From an uncultured Halobacteriales archaeon (lineage in GTDB: Archaea; Thermoplasmatota; E2; JACPAO01; JAHFTW01), in contig CAZXUC010000003.1 of the NCBI GenBank assembly GCA_964643795.1, positions 13,549 through 77,548 of the forward strand: a stretch of 64,000 bases of DNA. The letters are read 5' to 3'. How positions within the stretch are numbered: position 1 is the stretch's first letter; every line of letters starts with the position of its first letter. A model generated the notes under the pieces. That model ran no database searches. It saw only the letters and a program-made list of their open reading frames with translations, and was not told where the DNA came from. Shown piece after piece: positions 17,336 to 25,516 of this stretch. The position numbers and the translations under genes are program-made.

Positions 17336-19012
17336 ATGCAGCGGTCGTTTTCCCTGTTCTCCAAGGGGTTGTTTACCATGGTCGCCCTCTTGCTATCCGT
17401 GTCCATGCTGGCTTCGGCAGGTTCGTCGCCGACGTTCGGCCAAAGCGGCGCGCCAGTATGGCAAGAGGATCCCGCTCCCAGCGGACTCACTGGCGCCAAC
17501 CAAGCTGGCGAACCCACCATCGGGATTCCGTGGGACTCCGGGGCCGTCATGTACATGGCAAACGAGCACGTCTTTCGCATCACGTACACCGAGAATGGCA
17601 GCACAACCTGGGAGCTCGTGACGCCCGATCTCGCCGGCGGCCTCGTCGGCGGGGGAATCCCAAACTTAGACCCCATGCTGCACTCTGACCCAATCACGGG
17701 GCGCACCTGGGCCGGGGGGCTGCTCACTGCCTGCAGTCTCATGTATTACACGGACGACGACGGCGAGACGTGGGACCAGACCGGTAACATGTGCGGAATC
17801 TACGGCGTCGACCATCAGACGATAGGCTCCGGCCCATGGACTTCCGCGCGGCCCCCTGGCGCCCTCTACGAGCGGGCCGTCTACTATTGCGCGCATGGCG
17901 AGGCCATCGACACCCCACTCCCGCTCTTCGCCGCCGCGAGTCCGACGGCGTGCCTTACCAGCCTCGACGGCGGCGTCACTTGGGGCCCTCCTGTACCTTG
18001 GGTTGGCGGCTGCGGCTCGCTGCACGGACACGTCAAGGTCGGACCGACGGGTTTCGCGGCCGTGCCGGATGCGGACTGCTCCGTACTGTCCGGCGAAGGC
18101 GGCGGCACTGCTCCTGAGTTTGCCGGTTTTGCCTACTCCGATAACAACGGGGCAACCTGGATGAGTCGCACCGTTGCCGGGTCAACGCCGAATCAGCCTT
18201 TCGACAATCCTGGACTTGACTTTGGCCACGACGCGGGTTGGCTGTGGTACGGCCAGGCCGCCGACAACGGCGCATTCGTGGCTTTGTCGAAGGACAACGG
18301 CTTGACCTGGGAAGACATCGGCGCCGGCATGGGCCAAAACGCCACGACATGGCTCGATGTCGGCCGCCTGCATGACCCGCCAATCGTCGCCGCGACGTTT
18401 GCCAAGGTCGTCGCGGGCGACGACGATCGCGTCGCCTTCTCCTTCCTCGGCGTCGAGGAGCCTGCCGACGGCAAGTCCCTCCCTGATCCTCACCAGTGCA
18501 CGGAGAAGCAAGAGCTCCTCATCTGGCACTACTACGTCGCCATGAGTTACGATGCCGGCCTCACGTGGCGCGTCCAACGCCTCACCGCGGACCCCGTCCA
18601 GATCGGCGGCATCTGGCAGGGCCAGGTCCCCGGCGACCAGGACCCCGCCCGGTGGTGCCGCAACCTCCTGGATTTCAACGACATGGACATCGACGCGCAG
18701 GGTCGCCTCTACATTTCCTTCGCCGACGGCTGCACCGGCGACTGCATCGAAAAAGGGACCAAGGCCTCGTCGGGCTACCGCGACGACTACGCCACCATGC
18801 TCCGCCAAGTAACCGGCAACGGCCTGTTCGCTGGGTTCGACGTCGCCCCGCCTGGAAACGTGACCCAGGAACTTGAGCCAGGTTACGTCAACGTACCGGC
18901 ACCCAACACCGCAACGCAGACGGACGGGGGCAAGGAATCTCCCGGCCCGATGTTCGTCGTCGTGTTGGCCCTCATGGTAGCCGTCGTCATGCTGCGCCGG
19001 CGCAACGCTTAG
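17336..19012 (+). CDS. Secreted BNR/Asp-box repeat (sialidase-fold-like) protein with C-terminal PG-hydrophobic-RRR anchor
   Basis: Signal peptide. Asp-boxes YTDDDGETW, SLDGGVTW, SDNNGATW, SKDNGLTW, SYDAGLTW. C-terminus PGPMFVVVLALMVAVVMLRRRNA. Confidence 0.75.
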   Translation: MQRSFSLFSKGLFTMVALLLSVSMLASAGSSPTFGQSGAPVWQEDPAPSGLTGANQAGEPTIGIPWDSGAVMYMANEHVFRITYTENGSTTWELVTPDLAGGLVGGGIPNLDPMLHSDPITGRTWAGGLLTACSLMYYTDDDGETWDQTGNMCGIYGVDHQTIGSGPWTSARPPGALYERAVYYCAHGEAIDTPLPLFAAASPTACLTSLDGGVTWGPPVPWVGGCGSLHGHVKVGPTGFAAVPDADCSVLSGEGGGTAPEFAGFAYSDNNGATWMSRTVAGSTPNQPFDNPGLDFGHDAGWLWYGQAADNGAFVALSKDNGLTWEDIGAGMGQNATTWLDVGRLHDPPIVAATFAKVVAGDDDRVAFSFLGVEEPADGKSLPDPHQCTEKQELLIWHYYVAMSYDAGLTWRVQRLTADPVQIGGIWQGQVPGDQDPARWCRNLLDFNDMDIDAQGRLYISFADGCTGDCIEKGTKASSGYRDDYATMLRQVTGNGLFAGFDVAPPGNVTQELEPGYVNVPAPNTATQTDGGKESPGPMFVVVLALMVAVVMLRRRNA

Positions 19013-21012
19013 CCTGGATTTTCGCGTCTCGGGGGCCGTTACGGTTTCTCCCTGCTCAGATGGGCGACTTCTCCTGAGCTGGTAGGCCAGCCACCCGGGT
19101 TTCCGTAACGGATGGTAGTGAAAACGCCGTCCGGCACGTAGCGCCAACCGAGCCCCATTCACGGGCGCGGCCGCGCCTCTCTCGGAGGGCCAAAGCTTGG
19201 CGTGGACCCTCCGCCACGATCAAACCGCAAGCCATTACTACCATCATTCCATTACGGCCCTACGTGAAGGGAACGCGAGCCTACTTCGAGCACCCGACTC
19301 ACCTCTTGCAGCGGCGCTACGAAGCGTTGCGTGCCCTGGTCGTCGACAACGAGGAACTCGAAACCGCCGCGAAACGCTTCGGCTACAAGCCCGAGAGCCT
19401 GCGTGTCCTGCACTCCCGCTTCCGAAACGGCGACCTGGACCCCTTCATGGCCACCGGCATCCCAGGCTCCCCCCCACGAAGCCGCCCCGAAGCCACCCGC
19501 GAAGCCGTTCTCGAAGCACGCCGGCAAGGCTTGAGCATGGAAGAGATCCCCGCCTACGTCGCCGACAATGGCATCAGCATCTCACCCATGACCGCCTGGC
19601 GCATTCTGCGCGACGCCGGCATCCAGCGCCTCCCGAAACGCAGCGCCAAGGACCGCGCCCCCACCCTTGCGTCAACCATGGCCGACGCCGACCAAGTCGA
19701 CTTGACAAACCGCGTCATCGATTGCCGCGCGCCCCTCGTCTTTCTCTTTGCGCCCCTTCTGCACGAGATGCGGCTCGATGATGCAATCGCAGCTGCCAAC
19801 TTCCCCGGAACCAACCAGATTACCGCCACCGCCAGCATGCGCAGTCTACTGGCCCTCAAACTCCTCAACCGCCCACGCAAGAACCACGTTGCAGCCATCA
19901 GCGACGACGAAGGATTTGGGTTGCTGGCCGGCCTCCACGTCTTGCCGAAAACTACCGCGCTGAGCACCTACTCCCACCGCGTCCCCGACCAATCCATCCG
20001 CACCTTACAGGAAACCTGGGCCCAACGATTCGCGCAAACCCAACACTTCCCCTCCGCCAGCTTCAACTTCGATTTCCACGCCATCCGGCACTACGGCGAA
20101 TCCTCCGCCCATCTGGAAACCAACTACGTGCCGCGGCGCAGCCAAAGCGTCCCGAGCATCCTCGTTGCCTTCGCCCAAGAAGCCACCACGCGCACCCTCG
20201 TCTACGCCAACGCCAACCTCCTCAAACGCGAAAAGAACGCCGAGATCCTGGCGTTCGTCGAGTACTGGTACAAAGTCACCGGCACCTACCCGAAGGAGGT
20301 CGTCTTCGACACGCAGGGCACCACCCACGAAAGCCTCGCCAAACTCGACCAACTCGGCATCACCTTCATCACACTCCGCGAACGAAGACCCAAGGAAGTC
20401 AAACGCCTCAACTCCCTGCCCGACGATGCGTGGACACGCATCGAGCTCGACGCACCACAACGCAAGTGGCGCACACCCCGCATCGTCGACGAAAAAGTCA
20501 CCGTCCAGGACTACCCGATCCCCATCCGCCAGATTGCCCTGCATGACCTCGGTCACGACGAACCCACCCTGCTCTTGACCAACGACACCCGGCGTGGACC
20601 CGCCAAACTCTTCGAGCGCTACACCCAACGCACCCCCATCGAGAACTCCATCGGCGAACAAGTCGGCTTCTTCCACGTCGACGCCCTCACCAGCGACGTC
20701 CGACTCAAAGTCGACCTCGACGTGACGCTCCGCGTGATTGCCAGCAACGCCTACCACTGGCTTGCGGGCCACCTCAAAGGCTTCGAGGCCGCCACGGCCG
20801 CCACCATCTGGCGCACCTTCCTCGACCGCCCGGGCAAGGTCATCCTCACAGACGACACCATCACCCTCCAGGTGCGCCGCTTCGCCCAAGCCCCCACCCT
20901 CCTGTCCTCCCCCCTTCTCAAAGCGACCCCTCCCATCCCCGGGCTAGGCAACCGGCGACTCGCCCTTCGCCTCCTGTAGGCCGTAACGGGGGGTGTCACG
21001 CGAAAATCCAGG
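19013..21012 (+). mobile_element. Intact IS element (about 2.0 kb) with 32-bp imperfect TIRs and 4-bp TTAG target duplication
   Basis: The left end CCTGGATTTTCGCGT (19013-19027) is the reverse complement of 20998-21012. A second matching block CCGTTACGG sits 23 nt in from both ends. TTAG lies at 19009-19012 and 21013-21016. Confidence 0.85.
19264..20979 (+). CDS. DDE-type transposase (IS4-superfamily-like; family not assignable here)
   Basis: 571 aa. N-terminal HTH (LSMEEIPAYVADNGISISPMTAWRILRDAG). Candidate acidic residues in FDFHAI, VVFDTQG and YTQRTPIENSIGEQ (Y-x2-R-x3-E signature). Confidence 0.8.
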   Translation: MKGTRAYFEHPTHLLQRRYEALRALVVDNEELETAAKRFGYKPESLRVLHSRFRNGDLDPFMATGIPGSPPRSRPEATREAVLEARRQGLSMEEIPAYVADNGISISPMTAWRILRDAGIQRLPKRSAKDRAPTLASTMADADQVDLTNRVIDCRAPLVFLFAPLLHEMRLDDAIAAANFPGTNQITATASMRSLLALKLLNRPRKNHVAAISDDEGFGLLAGLHVLPKTTALSTYSHRVPDQSIRTLQETWAQRFAQTQHFPSASFNFDFHAIRHYGESSAHLETNYVPRRSQSVPSILVAFAQEATTRTLVYANANLLKREKNAEILAFVEYWYKVTGTYPKEVVFDTQGTTHESLAKLDQLGITFITLRERRPKEVKRLNSLPDDAWTRIELDAPQRKWRTPRIVDEKVTVQDYPIPIRQIALHDLGHDEPTLLLTNDTRRGPAKLFERYTQRTPIENSIGEQVGFFHVDALTSDVRLKVDLDVTLRVIASNAYHWLAGHLKGFEAATAATIWRTFLDRPGKVILTDDTITLQVRRFAQAPTLLSSPLLKATPPIPGLGNRRLALRLL

Positions 21013-21266
21013 TTAGACCCAGCGTCATCGCGCGGAAAATCAGTGGCGGCAGCCGGTCCGTCAAGGGAGCCCAGGTCCGGGCCCTCTTGACCAGTGTCCT
21101 GCAGAGCCTCCGGCTCCAGGGACAAGACTTCCTCCAGGGGGCGGGCCTCGGTCCACCCCCGACCCCAACCTCAGACGGCTGAGTTGTTACGCCTGGAGCG
21201 ACTGGCTCGATTGCATCATTGGTTCGTCGACGAACGGGGAAGTCTGAGTACGTGGAGGCAACTGTG

Positions 21267-21752
21267 ATGAGCATGAATCCCTTGGCCATTGCCCTGCTCG
21301 TGCTGGCCATGGCGGTTGCCGGCGCCGCTACGCCGGAGTCGACGCCAGCAGGATTCGGCGCAGCAGGTATCATTGAGACGGCATACCCGTGTCCGGACCT
21401 CATCCGGAGCGGCCTTGATTGTCCCATCGTGCTTGTCCTCGATTCAGAGGCCTGCCAATCGGTGCTGTGCGATGCGAATGTCGCGGAGTTGCAGATGCTG
21501 GCGACGCTTGACGGCCTCTGCGCCGTAGGTCTCGCGCCAGCCACGTTGGAATCGTTTTGCCCTGCTGCTGCTGCTGCTGCCGCCGCTGCTGCGGCAATCT
21601 TGGCTGACGACGTTCCTCACTGCAACGCTCCCCGAGCAAGCGTCGAGATTCCCGTGTGCTATATCCGTGAGGCCCCTGATGAGGGTCGCGTCGGTTTGAC
21701 GCCGCCTCCCCCTATGCACGAGCGCCACCCTGGGCGCGTAACAGCGCCGTAG
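21267..21752 (+). CDS. Small secreted Cys-rich protein with an 11-Ala tract
   Basis: Signal peptide MSMNPLAIALLVLAMAVAGAA. About 10 Cys. GCN x11 at 21564-21596. Confidence 0.45.
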   Translation: MSMNPLAIALLVLAMAVAGAATPESTPAGFGAAGIIETAYPCPDLIRSGLDCPIVLVLDSEACQSVLCDANVAELQMLATLDGLCAVGLAPATLESFCPAAAAAAAAAAAILADDVPHCNAPRASVEIPVCYIREAPDEGRVGLTPPPPMHERHPGRVTAP

Positions 21753-21920
21753 CCGTCCAGCTGGCGGGCCTCTCGCCTGCATGCACGTGAGCCCCACATG
21801 CGTATCAACGCAAAACCCAGGCATCGCTTCGCCTCGAAATATAAGCCGGTCGGGAAATGCTGATGTGTATGTGTTTGTGTGTCGGTTTTGGAGTCGGTGG
21901 TCGATTCCGGAGACACCAAC

Positions 21921-22625
21921 ATGAAAGCACAAGCAATCTGCGCAGCGGTCCTTGCCGTTTTGGCCATCGCAACGCCTGCCGAAGCCTCCCTTGAGTCCTG
22001 CGATCTGGTCGAGGTCAAGTACGTAGAAGGCGCTTGCATCGCAACGCCTGCCGAAGCCTCCCTTGAGTCCTGCGAGGACATCTTTAAGGCCCAGGGCCGG
22101 TTAGAGCTCGGGTTGGGCCTCGGTGGGGGCGCCAAGGAAGTTAACTGCACGTTCGATCATCTTCCCATCATCGGACCGATTACCGGAGATCCGACGGCTG
22201 ACAACGCCAACGTCAACGCGCACGCCAGCGGATACGACGAGTGCACCAGGGACAAGTACACTCTCACCTATGAAGGGGGGGAGCACTCGTGGTACAAGAT
22301 CTACTTCCAGGTCACCGCGTGGAGCGGGGTCCAGTGGGACAGTGAGGGCTTCGTGGACTGGTCGATGAGCGGCGAGCTCTATGGAGACTTTAGTGGCCGG
22401 TATGCCTCCGCCGAATCGCAGTACTACGAAGAAGGCAAGAGTTACGTGGACGGCGTGGCCGACTCCTATACGTACTTTGAGGAGTCCTGGACCCCCATGA
22501 CGGTGCATGTCGGATCCAGCGCGAGCGTCGACGCGCATGCCAGTGTGGTGAGCAAGATCTCGAGCCGAGATGTTGCAGGCTTCTACGCGTCCTATGAGTG
22601 CACCAAGCAGACCGCTTCATCCTAG
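21921..22625 (+). CDS. Secreted aromatic-rich protein, unknown function
   Basis: Signal peptide MKAQAICAAVLAVLAIATPAEA. Contains an in-frame 72-bp duplication. Confidence 0.5.
   Translation: MKAQAICAAVLAVLAIATPAEASLESCDLVEVKYVEGACIATPAEASLESCEDIFKAQGRLELGLGLGGGAKEVNCTFDHLPIIGPITGDPTADNANVNAHASGYDECTRDKYTLTYEGGEHSWYKIYFQVTAWSGVQWDSEGFVDWSMSGELYGDFSGRYASAESQYYEEGKSYVDGVADSYTYFEESWTPMTVHVGSSASVDAHASVVSKISSRDVAGFYASYECTKQTASS
21965..22075 (+). repeat. Perfect 39-bp direct repeat, period 72 bp (in frame), inside the CDS
   Basis: CATCGCAACGCCTGCCGAAGCCTCCCTTGAGTCCTGCGA at 21965-22003 and 22037-22075. Duplicates the peptide IATPAEASLESC. Confidence 0.9.
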
Positions 22626-22646
22626 GTGGGCAACCAGGTTTAAGTC

Positions 22647-24077
22647 ATGACACGCGTCGGCCCTAGCATGTGGTTCCGGGCTCTTCTTCCCTTCTTTCTC
22701 GCCAGTGTCTCGCTGGCCGGCTGCATGTCCAGCCCGGGCTCGTTCGAAGTCCCTGAACTCACAGCCGGAACGCAGGCTACCTACGAAATGTGGGGGTTAC
22801 CCGTGGCGCCCTGGGGCGGGCACGTTAGCAACGCCCAACACGATGGCGAGTCGCTGCTTCCCGCGCTGGGCGAGAACATCCGGGTATCCATCGACGGCCC
22901 GTATTGCACGCTTGACCACGGGGGGAAGCGATTCTGCGAGGCCTACGTGATGCGGTACGAATTGGAGCGTTCCGGAGAATGGCACTTCCTCGGCGAGCAA
23001 CTTGCCACCGCCGTTTCCGGATTACTGTCATCGCATGGTGCAATTGTCAAGGGAAGGAGGACCTTCAATGAGACGGGCACGATTGCGGAGAGCACCAGTG
23101 TGGTGTGGGTTGATTCCTTCCGACGCGGCTCGGTCGATGCGTTCGGGGCCCTGCTGTATTCCGGCACCGCGGTCCAGGGCTCGACATGGCAGTCGCCATC
23201 GGTGCGCTTGCTGCCCGGGGTACCCGCCGAACCATTGGTAGCCAAGGTTGCGTGGAGCGGGAAGTCAGCGCACCTGGACTTCGGGCACGCCGACCACGTT
23301 GACCGCTCGTACGCTGTTGAACTGGATGCTGCGTGTCCATTTCCGGCAGCCGTAGAAAGCAAGCGTCCGGATGGGAGCTATGCGCTGACTGCCAAGCGCG
23401 TTGACTGCACACTGGGCGCCGGGCCAGCCCTGGCCCTGATTCCGGGGGAGCTCGCACTCGAAGGCATCAACCCGCGCCTAAGGCCGGTCAATGAGGTGCT
23501 CGGTGCCAATGCCCCAGGGCGGGGATTCCAGCCCGGCATTGCGCGCTTGGGCGACATCCTCGACGCACTGGAAGCCGACATCCCGGAGGCGTGCCCCGAC
23601 AGCCACTGCAATGTGGCGACCATCAAGTACGAACCAGGAACCCGACCCAACCACACGATCCTCGGGGTCGCGCTGGGCTCGACGCCGGTCGACCGATGGA
23701 CGCTTTGCGTCTTGAATGGCTCGTGGACCCAGGTGGTCATCGAGTGGAGCGGCTCCCAGCATTGGACGCAGGAAGTAGGTCCGTGCAGCTACCTGCCGGG
23801 CACTAGACAGTGGAGCGATGCGCGGGTGCTCGACATGCGAGGCCTCGAAAGCGACCTGGCAAGTTTCTCGCCTTCTGGGAAACTCTGGTATGAGCTGCGG
23901 ATCCTTCTCGACCCGGGCGACCCCAGCCAACTGCTTGCCACCGTCGGTCCCTTCAACGGCACCGCTTCCGAGTCCTCCGTGACGTTCATGGATCCGCCAC
24001 TGTGGTGGTCCGCGGCATTCGATGGGTTCCTCACGCAGGCGAGATGGCCGACCAGGCTCCTCGAAGAACCGACCTGA
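22647..24077 (+). CDS. Lipoprotein, unknown function
   Basis: Lipobox SVSLAGC. 476 aa. No recognisable catalytic motif. Confidence 0.6.
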   Translation: MTRVGPSMWFRALLPFFLASVSLAGCMSSPGSFEVPELTAGTQATYEMWGLPVAPWGGHVSNAQHDGESLLPALGENIRVSIDGPYCTLDHGGKRFCEAYVMRYELERSGEWHFLGEQLATAVSGLLSSHGAIVKGRRTFNETGTIAESTSVVWVDSFRRGSVDAFGALLYSGTAVQGSTWQSPSVRLLPGVPAEPLVAKVAWSGKSAHLDFGHADHVDRSYAVELDAACPFPAAVESKRPDGSYALTAKRVDCTLGAGPALALIPGELALEGINPRLRPVNEVLGANAPGRGFQPGIARLGDILDALEADIPEACPDSHCNVATIKYEPGTRPNHTILGVALGSTPVDRWTLCVLNGSWTQVVIEWSGSQHWTQEVGPCSYLPGTRQWSDARVLDMRGLESDLASFSPSGKLWYELRILLDPGDPSQLLATVGPFNGTASESSVTFMDPPLWWSAAFDGFLTQARWPTRLLEEPT

Positions 24078-24330
24078 GGCTTCGTCTCGAGGACGCGGGC
24101 GAGTCCCGCAGAATGTGCGAGGATTTACCCCAAGAATGCCGTTCCAGAGGCCCAACCTGGCCAATGACCAAATGCGGAGGTGCCGTCCAACCCTACGGGC
24201 CAGACGACTATCCCCGGTCGCGGGCAGGTCCAGGTTCGGGGGCCATTTCCGGAATCCCGGAACCGGCCCTCTCCTTAGGAGGGAAACCCGCTGGCTCCAG
24301 GAGGCAGAAATTACACGGCAATGGACCGGC

Positions 24331-24927
24331 ATGGCAGAAAACCCACTACACCTTCCGGCCCTGGGCGAAACACAGCGGCGAATTGTGGAGATCTTGGACA
24401 ACCGTCCCGGCACATCCATCCGTTATCTTGGCCGATGCCTTGGAATCAAGCATGCCTCCGCCACGTATGCGGTCAAGCAACTGCGAAAGAAGAAGGTCGT
24501 CCAGCAGCACAAGGATGGACGCATCGCGCGGAATTATCTTGCCGAGGACATTCGTCGGGACCGCAGCACTCTCCTGATGCCGTTGCTGCGAGACGCCAGG
24601 AGCCGGAAAATCATGCACCTGCTGCACAAACCATCTTCAGGCTCCCAGTGGACGATTAACCGTCTAGCCACCCAATCCACCGCGACGCATGCGTTCACAA
24701 TGCGGACTCTTGAATTCATGGCCAGCCATGGCTTTGTGGACTTGGAGGTTCGGCCTGACTGCCGAGTGGCACGCCCGCACTCAGAATTCGCGGCCATCCT
24801 CAAAAAGCTGGAGACAAGCCAAAGCAACCTGGAAACGCCTGTAGCAATTCGGCAGCCTGCGACTCGCCCGGACGAAGCATCATCAGATGGGAGCATGGAA
24901 GCGCAGCTTGGCGCTGGCTGCCACTGA
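24331..24927 (+). CDS. Winged-helix transcriptional regulator (apparently two wHTH-like halves)
   Basis: LGETQRRIVEILDNRPGTSIRYLGRCLGIKHASATYAVKQLRKKKVV fits an ArsR/MarR-like wHTH. ATG 24331 chosen inside ORF 24022-24927. Confidence 0.6.
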   Translation: MAENPLHLPALGETQRRIVEILDNRPGTSIRYLGRCLGIKHASATYAVKQLRKKKVVQQHKDGRIARNYLAEDIRRDRSTLLMPLLRDARSRKIMHLLHKPSSGSQWTINRLATQSTATHAFTMRTLEFMASHGFVDLEVRPDCRVARPHSEFAAILKKLETSQSNLETPVAIRQPATRPDEASSDGSMEAQLGAGCH

Positions 24928-25291
24928 GTTGAAGGGACTTCTCACAGCGCAACCCGCGCATTTCCTGCCGCTGCAGCAACGTTTCCACCGGGCAAAGCTG
25001 GGGCGGCCATGCACCCTCGCCACTCGGCAATGGTGCCCTTGCGTCGATGCCCCAAGTCTGTATGGCCGGTACCTCGGCATGATTGACGCCGGATGGGCTA
25101 GCGGCCGACAGCAAGGAGACGGGCAGGCCGTGCTCAGCGAAGGAATCTTCGCCATTGATTTCTACATGGAATTGGAAGCGCTGGAGGAACCGGCGCCGTT
25201 CGATGGCGTTTGGATTTCGCTAGAATCTTGCTCGTTCACCTTTGAAGACGCGCCGACGGTTCACGTTCTGGGCGGCTCCAAGGACTATGAT

Positions 25292-25516
25292 TCATTCATC
25301 CGCTTTGAGCCCGGGACAGCAACGCCCCATCCAGACGGATTGCCTTAGCGCGAGGAGCCTCGGTGGCCTGGCAGCGGCGACCCGAGGCAGTGGATTCCAA
25401 CCGGGACGGACGCCCATGTAGCAATAGGGCGCGTGTTGACCAAACAGGCAACCTGCGAACGTGCAAGCCAGGGCTGCGGAGGCGACAAGCAACGCCAACG
25501 TGATCGGATCCTTCAT
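25292..25516 (-). CDS. Possible small lipoprotein ORF translationally coupled to glyS (doubtful)
   Basis: ATGA overlap with the glyS stop. MKDPITLALLVASAALACTFAGC has a strong lipobox. The mature part has weak coding character and overlaps a convergent ORF. Confidence 0.3.
   Translation of the reverse strand: MKDPITLALLVASAALACTFAGCLFGQHAPYCYMGVRPGWNPLPRVAAARPPRLLALRQSVWMGRCCPGLKADE

Noticed and set aside
20751-21125. Minus-strand ORF crossing the IS right boundary, which could have been a gene disrupted by the insertion
   Set aside because: Reconstructing the pre-insertion sequence gives only about 45 codons after an upstream in-frame TGA, with no ATG or GTG start (only a TTG) and an antisense overlap with the BNR gene end. 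It is not a credible gene.
24887-25348. 153-aa plus-strand ORF after the wHTH regulator
   Set aside because: The N-terminal half is basic and low-quality. Only the last 89 codons look plausible. It overlaps a convergent ORF, and there is no motif or promoter box. It is left unannotated and discussed under findings.
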